NCBI GenBank assembly: GCA_963726245.1 | Contig: CAVSBT010000029.1 | Coordinates: forward strand, 1-37,048 | Length of the DNA: 37,048 nucleotides | Origin: an uncultured Chloroflexia bacterium | GTDB taxonomy: Bacteria > Chloroflexota > Dehalococcoidia > DSTF01 > JALHUB01 | Reading direction: 5' to 3' | Shown: positions 1 through 9,656 of the stretch, piece after piece | Layout of the letters: each line of letters opens with the position of its first letter | Numbering within the stretch: the first letter of the stretch is position 1 | Position numbers and translations under genes: made by a program | The notes under the pieces: model-generated | The model's input: the letters and a program-made list of their open reading frames with translations, nothing else | Databases searched by the model: none | Told to the model about the DNA's origin: nothing

Positions 1-61
1 GACTGGAGTTGCGCCCCAGCACGCCGACGCCATTCGCCGGTCGGACGCTGTGCCCGCGCGG

Positions 62-3000
62 TCACCCGTTCGGCGGCTGCGGCAACAGTCGTCGAGAGAA
101 GCGCATCTTGAGCCCCTCGACCAGACTGTAGACCACCGGCACCACCACCAGCGTAAGCAGGGTTGAGCTGAATAGCCCGCCGATCACCACCCGGCCCAGC
201 TCGCTCGCGATTATCGCCCCCTCGTTGCGGCCCAGCGCCAGCGGGACGAGAGCAAGCATCGCGGCGACGGCGGTCATCATGATCGGCCGCACGCGCGTCT
301 GCCCGCCTTCCACCAGCGCGTCGTACGTGCTGTAGCCGCGCTCCTTGCGAAGCATGATCACGAACTCGAGCAGGACAATGGCGTTTGTCACAACGATGCC
401 GACGAGCATCAAAATGCCGATCAGCGAGCTGATGCTGAGCGCTGAGCCGGTGATTGCCAGCGCCACGAGGGCGCCGATCAGCGCCAGAGGCAGGCTGAAG
501 AGAATGACGAACGGCGTAAGCAGGCTGCCAAACAGCAGTGCCATGACGGTGTAGACCAGCACGATCGACACCACGATGGCGACGAACATCGTGGAGAAGC
601 CCTGATTGATGTCCGAGGCGATGCCGCCGGCTTTCACGCGTGATCCCGTTCGGCAACGTGAGCTTGTCAACGGCATTCTGCGCGTCTCCCGAGACCTTGC
701 CCGTGTTGTCGCTAGTGATGTCGCCGGTGATTGTCGCCGCCGGCTTGCCGTCTACACGCGTGATGGTCGTTTGCCTGGTCACGGGCACGATGTTCGCCAC
801 GGAGTCCAGCCTCACGCCGCGGGCGATCTCCAGCGCGCCCAGCGTCTCCGCGCTAGTGATGTCGCTGCCGGATACTTCCAGGCTCACGCCGAGGGGCCCC
901 TGGCCGAGGTCTGCCGTAGTGATGGTGCGGCTGGACGACAGGTTGGCGATACTGCTGGAGATCTGCTGCGCCGTCAGCCCGGCTGCCGCTGCCCTCGCCG
1001 GATCGACCCGCACTTCAAGCGTGGGCTGAGCAGCGGCGAGATCGCTGGTGACGTTGGCAGTGTCGGGCACGGCCGCCACTGCCGCCCGCACCTGCTCCGC
1101 CGCGTCGGGCAGCCCGCTCTCCGCCGCATCACTTTCGGCCGAGACGGTCATCGAGATGCCGGACGAGCCCATGCTGGTGTCGGCAGCGGAGACCGACATG
1201 TTGTCGCTGCTCGGGACATCCTGCGCGATCAGGCTGCGGAGTTGGGCCGCAACCGTGTTCTTGTCCGGTCCGCTCTTCGCCAGCTCAATGGTGATTTTCG
1301 CGCTGTTGGCGCCCTTGCCGGAAATGACATTGCTGAGGGTGCCCAAGTCGCCGGCGGTGCCGTTGATCACAGTCTGATAGCGGTCGACCTTGAAGTTCGA
1401 GAGCAGGTTCTCGACGGCGATGGCCTGCTGCAGGACGGCGTCCTGGGTCTCACCGGGGCGGGCGTTGACCGACACCGTCACGGTCTTCTGACCCGAGTCG
1501 GGCAGGAACTGCACGGGTAGTCGCGGGACGAGTGCCAGGCTCCCGATGAACAACACACCGGCAACGCCGAGGGTGATCCAGCGGTGCCCAAGCGCCCAGC
1601 GCAGCACGGGCGTGTACACCTTCGCCAGCGGGGTGTCGCCCGGGCCTGCCTTCTCACGCACTTTCACGCGGCCGGCGATGGTGAAGCGGGTTAGCGCCGG
1701 GATAACGGTCACGGCCACGAGGAGCGAAGCCAGCAGCGCGAACACGACGGCGAGCGCGAATGAAAAGAAAAGCTGGCCGATGATGCCTCCCACGAGGCCA
1801 AGCGGCAGGAAGACGGCGCACGTTGTCGCCGTGGCCCCGGTGATGGCGATGCTCACCTCGCGGGCGCCGTTAACGATTGCGGGGAAGGTCTTCTCCCCCT
1901 TAGCCATATGCCGGTAGATGTTCTCGAGGACCACGATGGAGTCGTCGATCACGCGGCCGATAGCGATGGTGAGGCCACCCAGCGTCATGATGTTCAGCGA
2001 ATAGCCCATGCGGTCGAGCAGCACCACGGCCGTGATCACGGACAGCGGGATCGAAACGGCCGTCACCAGCGTCGTGCGCCAGTTGGCCAGGAAGAGAAAG
2101 ACGATGATGATCGCGAACACGCCGCCGATCAGTCCGTCCCGGACCACTCCGTTGATCGAGCTGGTAATGAAGGTGGACTGGTCGAAGAAGACGCTGAACG
2201 AGGCGCCCTGGGGCAGCGCAGGCTTGATCTTGTCCAACTCCGCCGTCACCCTATGAGCGACCTGGACCGTGTTGGCGTCCTTCGCCTTGGCCACCTGGAT
2301 GCTCACGGCCGGCTGCCCATCGGTGCGGCTGGCGCCGTTTGGGGCGGCCGACGCCTCGGCGACCGTGGCGATGTCCCCCAGGCGCACAACGCTTGCGGGC
2401 GTGCCGGCGGCGGGCGTCGTGAAGATGCCGATGTTGCGGATATCGTCCAGGCTCTTGTAGACGGCGACCGTCTCGACCGGCAGGACGGTGTCGCCGGTGG
2501 CTAGCTCGCCGGAGGGGAGGATGACGTTGTTGGCCTCCAGCGCCTGCGCCACCTGGTCGTAGGTGAGGCTGCTATCAAGCAGCTTCTGGCGATCGAGCGT
2601 TACGACGACCTGGCTGAGCGCGCCACCGCTCACGGAAACAGAGGCGACTCCGTCCAGGTCCGTCAGGTTGGGGACGACCTGGGACTGAGCAAGCTGATAC
2701 AGCTCCGCCTGGCTGAGATCGCCCCGCAGGCTGAACGTGACGATGGGGATCATCGAGATGTCGAACTTGAGGATCGATGTGGAGACATTCGACCCCAGCC
2801 GAGCATCGGTGAGAGCCTCCTTGACCGCCGTTTCGGCGCTATTGAGGTCCGTGCCGTAGTCATAGCTGAGCATCGTCACGCCCAGGCCAGACACAGCGGT
2901 GGAGGAGGTCTTCCGCACCCCCGGGAGGCCGGAGACGGCGGACTCGACCGGCGTGATGACCGTCTGGACGATGTTCTGGGGCTGGTCGCCGGGGCTGCGG

Positions 3001-3160
3001 GCGATCACGGTAATCACGGGGAAGTTGACATCCGGGAGCAACTCCTCGCGGACGCGGGTCAGCGTGTAGCCGCCGAAGCCGACGACGAGCACGATGGCGA
3101 CGAGTACGAGCAGTGCTTTGCGGTACGAGATTCAGTCAGCCAGGAGACAACACGGCGCAC
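62..3160 (-). CDS. RND-family efflux transporter permease (AcrB/SwrC-like), ~1030 aa, interrupted by two apparent frameshifts (~3130, ~638)
   Basis: GGAGG RBS and GTG at 3160. Manual translation gives ELLPDVNFPVITV, SIPLSV, LNIMTLGGLTIAIGRVIDDSIVVLENI, and C-terminal GIVVTNAIVL / RVRPIMMT / GGLFSSTLLTLVVVP, all RND hallmarks. The long middle frame is absent from the ORF track because after the ~638 shift it runs off the window without a stop. Confidence 0.92.
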
Positions 3161-3180
3161 AGTTGGTCCTCCGATCGTTC

Positions 3181-3206
3181 CAGGGAGCCAGAGTCTCGGT
3201 TCCTAT
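3181..3206. promoter_or_regulatory. Putative TetR operator (imperfect copy) just upstream of the RND gene
   Basis: CAGGGAGC-N10-GTTCCTAT; shares CGGTTCCTATC with the perfect palindrome at 3268-3293. Confidence 0.55.
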
Positions 3207-3240
3207 CAAGGACAACGGACCGCGCCAATCTGCTTTTCGC

Positions 3241-3269
3241 TTGACATACCGAAGCCGTGGTCTTAGAAT
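3241..3269 (+). promoter_or_regulatory. sigma70-type promoter for tetR
   Basis: TTGACA (3241-3246), 17 bp spacer, TAGAAT (3264-3269). Confidence 0.8.
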
Positions 3270-3293
3270 AGGAACAGGAGTTCCGGTTCCTAT
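3268..3293. promoter_or_regulatory. Putative TetR operator overlapping the -10/+1 region
   Basis: Perfect inverted repeat ATAGGAAC-N10-GTTCCTAT between divergent tetR and RND genes. Confidence 0.7.
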
Positions 3294-3341
3294 CCATTAT
3301 CGGATCGGTTTCCGGCTTCTGTCAACAGAGGGGGAGCCGCC

Positions 3342-3996
3342 GTGACCACGAACCCAGCAGGGGGGCCGCTTCGCCCCCGCCCGGCCAGGTCAGACGCCCT
3401 GGCCAACCGCGAGGCTATCCTAGAAGCGGCACGTGAGCTGTTTGCGGAGAAGGGACTGGCAGCGGAGATAAGAGAGATCGCAGACCGCGCCGGCGTCGGC
3501 GTCGGTTCGCTGTACAGGCACTTCGAGAGCCGCGAGGGTCTCATCGGAGCGGTCATGCAGGCTGCGGCCGAAGACCTGGTTCAAAGGCTGCGCGACGCCG
3601 CCGAAGAGAGAGACCCGAAGGCTGCCCTTAGGGAGATGATCCACGCTGCCGCCGGCCTCTTCGAGCGCTTCGGCGTTCTGACCGAGGTCATGCTCAGGGG
3701 GCAGGCCGACGAGATGCCCGACCACAAGACGGAACTCCGTCCCGGACCTACGCGGATCTCACTGCGAGCGTCCTGCAACGGGGCGTAGATGAAGGATATT
3801 CCGCTCTGACCTGGACATCCCCGTCGCCATCGCGGCCCTGGCGTCGATCTTCGAGTCTGGGATGCTGCTGGCGCTCGCATCGAGACGAACCTATAGCGGC
3901 GCCGCAGATGCAGTCGCGGACTTTTTTCTGACGGCGATCGGTGCCACGGAGGGAAGACAGCCTCCAGATCAGCACAGCGCATCTTCGCAAGGCTAG
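3342..3996 (+). CDS. TetR/AcrR family transcriptional regulator, two apparent frameshifts (~3740, ~3798)
   Basis: N-terminal HTH RSDALANREAILEAARELFAEKG...IADRAGVGVGSLYRHF. The C-terminus continues in other frames (VLQRGVDEG / FRSDLDIPVA...FFLTAIG) to TAG at 3994-3996. Confidence 0.88.
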
Positions 3997-4465
3997 CCCT
4001 TAGGGCAATGGTTCCACGATGTGAGTCGCAACGCCGTAGCCCGGAACCTCTCCAGACTGACCACGGATCACCCTGCTCTTCGATGTGCGCCGATGGCCAG
4101 CCGGGAGCGCTAGTAGCCCAGCGGGACTCGCCTTGGACACCCTACTGCAGCGGCGGCCGCCTGGTACGCCAGGAGGCGGTGGCTGAACTAGCCCCGAATC
4201 ATGTAGGCGGGCGCGGGTGGGTCCTCAGCAGGCCACCCTGGCACCCGGCGGGGCGGTCGCCTAGCCTACTCGCTACAAGTCGCCGCCGACCTCCCATACG
4301 CCCAAGAATCGCGCACCATCCGTGAATCGTGTGCGGGGCGAGCCGGACCTCAGTCCCCTTGATGCGCTGGAGGCGGGAGACGTGACAGTCATCGGGCGCG
4401 ACCGCCGGGATGTCTTCCGCGAAAGACAGGAGATGAGCCTCTGAGAGCCTTGGTGCCGGCGGGAG

Positions 4466-5854
4466 CTATACCTCGTAGCCCTCGGCAAAGGCGGCGATGC
4501 TCACCTTTCTCTTCAGCTCCGTGCGTATGGCCGCCGCTAGCCCTTCCAGGCTCTTCTGCTCACCGTGCACCAGCCGCACGTCCGCCTTCTCCGTCCCCCG
4601 CAGCCAGTCCACCAGCCCCCGCTGATCGGCATGAGCGCTGAGGCCGTTGATGGTGTAGACGCGGGCGCGTACCGCTACCTCTTCGCCGAAGATGTGGATC
4701 GAGCGGGCGCCGTCGACAATGGCGCGGCCAGGCGTGCCGATCGCCTGGTAGCCGACGAAGACCACCGAGCACTCTTTGCGCCACAAGTTGTGCCGCAGGT
4801 GATGGAGAATGCGCCCCCCGTTCGCCATGCCGCTTCCGGCGATGATTATGTTCCCCGACGGCCAGCGCTGGATGGCCTTCGAGTCCTCCGTGCTGACCGT
4901 GAACTCCACGCCGGGGAACTCGAACGGGTTCTCGCCCGCGTGCAGCTTGGCGAGAAGTCGCGGGTTCAGCGCTTTCAGGTGACGTTCGTAGGCCTTGGTG
5001 ATGCTCACGGCAAGCGGGCTGTCGAGGAAGATGCGGCACTGGGGTAATTCACCGGCATCCCACATGAGGTGCAGGTAGTAGAGCACGTCCTGCGAGCGCT
5101 CGAGAGCGAAGGAAGGAATGAGGACGTTGCCGCCGCGTCCGATCGCCTCCTTGACCGCCTGCTCGAACTCCTGCCGCGATTCCTCGACGGAACGATGCGG
5201 CCGGTCGCCGTAAGTCGCCTCGCTCAGGACGAGGTCGCACGGATGCGGGTCGACCGGATCGGGCATGACTTCGCGCCCCCGGTAGCCGATGTCGCCGCTG
5301 AAGGTTATGCGCTTGCGGTTCCCGTTCCTCTTCTCCTCGAACTCGAGAAACGCCGAACCCAGGATGTGCCCGGCGTTGCGGAAGGTCACCGACAAGCCGT
5401 TGGCCAGTGAGAGTGGCGAATCGTAGCCCACCGGCGCTTCGAACTGGTCCATCGCTACCAGCACGTCTTCGACGGCATACGGCGGTGGCTCCACCTGGTT
5501 GCCCTGGCGCTCCGCTTTTCGCCGCCGCGCGCCGTACTCCTCGTACATCACGTGCGCCGCGTCCATGAGAATGAGCCGCCCGATCTCCCGCGTCTCCGCC
5601 GTCGCCAGTATGGGCCCTTTGTAGCCCTCCTTGACGAGCAGCGGCACACGACCGATGTGGTCGAGGTGACTGTGCGTGATGATAACGGCGTCGATGCTCT
5701 TGACGTCGAAGTGGAACGGCTCGGCGCTGCGGGCGTAGGAGTCATCGCCGCCCTGGAACTGGCCGCAGTCCACCAGCAGCCGCTTGCCGCCGGCTTCTAG
5801 CAGATGGCAGGAGCCGGTGACTTCACCCGCCGCTCCGTAGGAAGTAACACGCAT
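4466..5854 (-). CDS. MBL-fold beta-CASP family metallo-hydrolase (predicted RNase, YSH1/TTHA0252-like)
   Basis: GAAGEVTGS, DCG, THSHLDHIG, AGHILGS, SGD, EATYG, SGMANGG, SAHAD and LVHGE motifs. Confidence 0.93.
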   Translation of the reverse strand: MRVTSYGAAGEVTGSCHLLEAGGKRLLVDCGQFQGGDDSYARSAEPFHFDVKSIDAVIITHSHLDHIGRVPLLVKEGYKGPILATAETREIGRLILMDAAHVMYEEYGARRRKAERQGNQVEPPPYAVEDVLVAMDQFEAPVGYDSPLSLANGLSVTFRNAGHILGSAFLEFEEKRNGNRKRITFSGDIGYRGREVMPDPVDPHPCDLVLSEATYGDRPHRSVEESRQEFEQAVKEAIGRGGNVLIPSFALERSQDVLYYLHLMWDAGELPQCRIFLDSPLAVSITKAYERHLKALNPRLLAKLHAGENPFEFPGVEFTVSTEDSKAIQRWPSGNIIIAGSGMANGGRILHHLRHNLWRKECSVVFVGYQAIGTPGRAIVDGARSIHIFGEEVAVRARVYTINGLSAHADQRGLVDWLRGTEKADVRLVHGEQKSLEGLAAAIRTELKRKVSIAAFAEGYEV

Positions 5855-5898
5855 GGAATGCGTCCTTTCATGAATGACGTTGCGATGTGGGGAGGGAG

Positions 5899-6574
5899 CT
5901 AGTCGTTGTCATGCCCCTTCAGGTGCTGCCAGCGGTCCACCTTGGCCACGATCTCCGCCGGGTCGTCCACGATCTCCATGAAGTCCAGGTCAGCCAGGTC
6001 GATATAGCCGCTCCCCGCCGTCTTGCTGGACAGCCAGCCCATCAGGCCTTCCCAGTACTCCCGCCGCATCAGGAAGACAGGGAAAGGCCGGATCTTGTGG
6101 GTGTGGATCAGCGTGATCGTCTCGAACAGCTCGTCGAGGGTGCCGAATCCGCCCGGCAGCAGGACGAAGGCCGTCGCGTACTTGACGAGCATGACCTTGC
6201 GCACGAAGAAGTGGTGGAAGTCGATGGCGACTGTGTGGTACTGGTTCGAAGGCTGCTCCTTCGGCAGGGCGATCGTCAGCCCCACCGACGTGCCGCCGGC
6301 TTCGTATGCCCCCTTATTCGCCGCCTCCATGATGCCCGGCCCGCCGCCGGTAATCACCGCATAGCCTGCAAGGGCCAGCCTGCGCCCCAGGTCTTCAGCC
6401 AGCTTGAACAGCGGATCATCCGGCAGGACGCGGGCGGAGCCGTAGACCGTGACGGCCGGCGTGAGTCCGGCGAGCGCTGTCGAACCCCTCGATGAACTCG
6501 CCCATGATGCGGAACATGCGCCAGGCCTCTTCCTTGCGCAGCTCGTTGATGATGTACTTGTCCCGCTGCTCCAT
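5899..6574 (-). CDS. LOG family (TIGR00730) nucleotide phosphoribohydrolase, one apparent frameshift (~6478)
   Basis: GGAGG RBS, ATG 6574 (MEQRDKY...WRMFRIMGEFIEGFD) joined to VTVYGSAR, TGGGPGIMEAAN, FFVRKVML, PGGFGTLDE. Confidence 0.9.
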
Positions 6575-6641
6575 AATGCGCCTCCAGCTAGACTCCGAAG
6601 CCGAAGCCTCAAATACAATAGCACGAGAGCAGGAAGGGGCA

Positions 6642-6767
6642 ATGCGAAAGGTCAGATTGAGACCTGAAGACACTGCACGTCTTTGGTGCACCACATCAAT
6701 GGGCAGCCCCATCGCTCACTGGACTTCGAGCCCCGGGCTGGCTGCATGGCCGCCCGACCGGTTCTGA
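6642..6767 (+). CDS. Possible 41-aa leader ORF upstream of mgtA
   Basis: Purine-rich AGGAAGGGG before ATG 6642; MRKVRLRPEDTARLWCTTSMGSPIAHWTSSPGLAAWPPDRF; no recognised homology. Confidence 0.22.
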   Translation: MRKVRLRPEDTARLWCTTSMGSPIAHWTSSPGLAAWPPDRF

Positions 6768-6871
6768 GTCTTAACCACGAGTACGAATGGGTAGCTGCTT
6801 GACGCACGCAGATACGGATGCAATATTGGCACCCCACAGTCTGTGAACAGAGGAGCTGCCGTACGCAGTTG

Positions 6872-9520
6872 ATGGATGATTCGGGCGCCGGAGAGAATGG
6901 GTGGCAAGGCCTGGAGCTCGCGGCGGCGGCCCGGCTCGACGCGTCGGCCGTGCTCGGACGGTTGGGGAGTTCCGAGAGCGGTCTGAGTGCGGCTGAGGCA
7001 ACGCGCCGCCTGGGCAAGGTCGGTCCAAACGCCATTCGCAGCCACGGTGCGAACGCTCTGGATGTGCTGCTCCGCCAGGTCAAGAGCCCCTTGCTGATCC
7101 TGCTGGTGGCGGCGGCAGCCACGTCGCTGGTCGTCGGGGAGCGAACCGACGCCCTGATCATTTTTGCCATCATGGCCCTCAGCGTAGGGCTCGGCTTCTT
7201 CAATGAGTACCGGGCCGCGCGCGCCGTAGAGGCGCTGCACTCTCGCATCCGTCACACCGCCGTCACGTCCCGCGACGGCAAGGCCGTCGAGGTCAACGTC
7301 ACGGAGCTGGTGCCCGGTGACGTCGTCCGTCTCGCTGTCGGCGAGGTGGTGCCGGCAGATCTGCGTCTCCTGGAGGCCAGCGACCTGACATGTGATGAGG
7401 CGATGCTGACGGGTGAGGCGACGCCGGCGGAGAAGAGCATCGCTCCCGCGCCTCCCGCCGAGTCGCCCCTCGATCTCCCGTCGTGCGCATTCATGGGCAC
7501 CGTGGTGCGCACGGGCGCCGGCCGCGGAGTGGTAGTGCAGACGGGAAGAAACACCGCCTTCGGTCGCATCGCCATCCGCCTCGGCGAGGCGCAGGAAGAG
7601 ACCGGCTTCCAGCTCGGCCTCCGCGATTTCTCCGTCCTGCTCGTAAAGGTCACGATCGTTCTGACCGTGTCCATCTTCGTCATCAATGCCGCACTGCGAC
7701 GGCCGCTTCTCGATTCCGCACTCTTCGCCCTAGCCATCGCGGTAGGGCTCACGCCGCAGCTCTTGCCCGCCATCGTGACGGTCAGCCTTTCGACCGGCGC
7801 CCGTCATCTGGCCCGCAAGTCGGTGATCGTCAAGCGGCTCGTAAGCATCGAGGACCTGGGCAATATGGAGGTGCTATTCACCGACAAGACAGGCACCCTC
7901 ACCGAAGGTCAGATCACCTTCTCGGCGGCCCTCGATCCCGCCGGCAACCCTTCCGATGAGACGTTGCTTCTCGGGCTGCTGTGCAACTCGGCGACGGTTG
8001 AAGGCGGCGTCGTCGTCGGCGGGAATCCGCTTGACCGCGCCCTGTGGGACGCTCCCCAAGCCGCAGCAGCCCGCGTATCGGACTTCGTCCGTCTCGCCGA
8101 GGCCCCCTTTGACTACGACCGTCAGCGGATGTCGGTGCTGGTGCAGGACCCGAAGGGAGCCCGCCGCGTGATAACGAAGGGTGCGCCCGAGTCGGTGCTT
8201 GCCCTCTGCCACGAGGTCCCGCCGAGCGTGCGCGCCCTGCTGAATGCCCAGTTCGATGCGGGCAGCCGGACCATCGCGGTGGCGACCCGTGACGGAGACG
8301 GCCTCTCGACCATTGGCCCTCAGGACGAGCACGACCTCCAGTTCGCCGGGTTCCTCACCTTCGTCGATAGGGCGAAGCCCGACGTTGGCGCTTCCATAGA
8401 ACTGCTCAACAAGCTCGGCATCACCGTCAAGATCGTCACGGGAGACAACGACCGGGTGGCGGCCAAGCTCTGCGCTGACCTGGGGATCCCTGTCGCTGGT
8501 ACGCTGACCGGTACCGCCTTGGAGAAGCTCAGCGATGATGAGCTGGTGGCGGCGCTGCCTTCGACTACGATCTTCGCCCGGGTGACACCTGAACAGAAGT
8601 CGCGGATCATCCGGGCCCAGCGGACGCTGGGCGCCGATGTCGGCTTTCTCGGCGATGGGGTCAACGACGCGGTGGCGCTGCATGACGCCGACGTCGGCAT
8701 CTCAGTGGATTCCGGCGCCGACGTGGCCAAGGACGCCGCCGACATCGTGCTGCTGGACAAGGACCTGGGCATCCTGGCGGGCGGCGTCGTCGAGGGCAGG
8801 CGCGTGTTCTCCAACACCATCAAGTACGTGCTAATGGGGACATCGTCCAACTTCGGCAACATGTTCAGCGCCGGCGGCGCCTCTCTCCTGCTGTCCTTCC
8901 TGCCGATGCTGCCGCCGCAGATCCTGCTCAACAACCTGCTGTACGACGTGAGCGAGATGACCATCCCGACGGACAACGTCGACGAGGAGCTGCTGGAGCA
9001 TCCGGCGCACTGGGACACCTCTTTCATCCGCAAGTTCATGATGTTCTTCGGCCCCATCAGCTCGGTGTATGACTTTCTCACTTTTGGGGTCATGCTGTGG
9101 GTCTTTCACGCCGGCGAGACGCTGTTTCATTCCGGGTGGTTCGCTGAGTCGCTCGCCACGCAAACGCTGGTGATCTTCATCATCCGCACCAGGCGGATTC
9201 CCTTCTTCCACAGTCGCCCCAGCCGCCCACTGCTGGCGACGACGCTGGCCTGCGCCGCTGTTGGTGTCGTGCTCCCGTTCTCGCCTCTGGCAGGCGTGCT
9301 CGGGTTTACGGCGCTGCCGGCCGGCTTCCTTGCGATCCTGGTGCTGATGGTCGTGACCTACCTGGGTCTGGTCGAGGCCGGCAAGTCGCGGTTCTTCCGG
9401 CCTGAGCCGGGCGAGCGGCCTCTGGCCCGGAAACGGGGGAGATGGGAGAGGCGCGTTCACCGGGTTGCGGCGCGCTGGAGCCATCCGAGGCTTCCCGTGA
9501 CCGGGACTACCTCACCATAG
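6872..9520 (+). CDS. mgtA: Magnesium-translocating P-type ATPase (P3B)
   Basis: LTGE, AVGLTPQLLP, DKTGTLT, TKGAPE, TGD, FARVTPEQK, GDGVNDA, SSNFGNMFS, LLNNLLYD, FGPISS, GWFAESL. Start codon is uncertain (6818, 6869 or 6872). Confidence 0.9.
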   Translation: MDDSGAGENGWQGLELAAAARLDASAVLGRLGSSESGLSAAEATRRLGKVGPNAIRSHGANALDVLLRQVKSPLLILLVAAAATSLVVGERTDALIIFAIMALSVGLGFFNEYRAARAVEALHSRIRHTAVTSRDGKAVEVNVTELVPGDVVRLAVGEVVPADLRLLEASDLTCDEAMLTGEATPAEKSIAPAPPAESPLDLPSCAFMGTVVRTGAGRGVVVQTGRNTAFGRIAIRLGEAQEETGFQLGLRDFSVLLVKVTIVLTVSIFVINAALRRPLLDSALFALAIAVGLTPQLLPAIVTVSLSTGARHLARKSVIVKRLVSIEDLGNMEVLFTDKTGTLTEGQITFSAALDPAGNPSDETLLLGLLCNSATVEGGVVVGGNPLDRALWDAPQAAAARVSDFVRLAEAPFDYDRQRMSVLVQDPKGARRVITKGAPESVLALCHEVPPSVRALLNAQFDAGSRTIAVATRDGDGLSTIGPQDEHDLQFAGFLTFVDRAKPDVGASIELLNKLGITVKIVTGDNDRVAAKLCADLGIPVAGTLTGTALEKLSDDELVAALPSTTIFARVTPEQKSRIIRAQRTLGADVGFLGDGVNDAVALHDADVGISVDSGADVAKDAADIVLLDKDLGILAGGVVEGRRVFSNTIKYVLMGTSSNFGNMFSAGGASLLLSFLPMLPPQILLNNLLYDVSEMTIPTDNVDEELLEHPAHWDTSFIRKFMMFFGPISSVYDFLTFGVMLWVFHAGETLFHSGWFAESLATQTLVIFIIRTRRIPFFHSRPSRPLLATTLACAAVGVVLPFSPLAGVLGFTALPAGFLAILVLMVVTYLGLVEAGKSRFFRPEPGERPLARKRGRWERRVHRVAARWSHPRLPVTGTTSP

Positions 9521-9656
9521 TCTCCTCGCCCTTGGCAGGCCCGCGTCTACGCGGAGATGCAGCCGGCGCTCAGGGCACCTGTTTGAGCGAGAGTGAGTTC
9601 GATTCTTGACCCTTTGGTGCCCCCGGGCTGCTGTCAGACTGACATCCCGCCGAGGA

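Noticed and set aside
606-2504. Plus-strand ORFs of 100-300 aa (also many others opposite real genes)
   Set aside because: Antisense shadows of GC-rich coding sequence; the minus strand carries the RND motifs.
6600-6870. M-box (ykoK) Mg2+ riboswitch upstream of mgtA
   Set aside because: Conserved M-box sequence blocks were not recognisable by eye; an Rfam scan would settle it.
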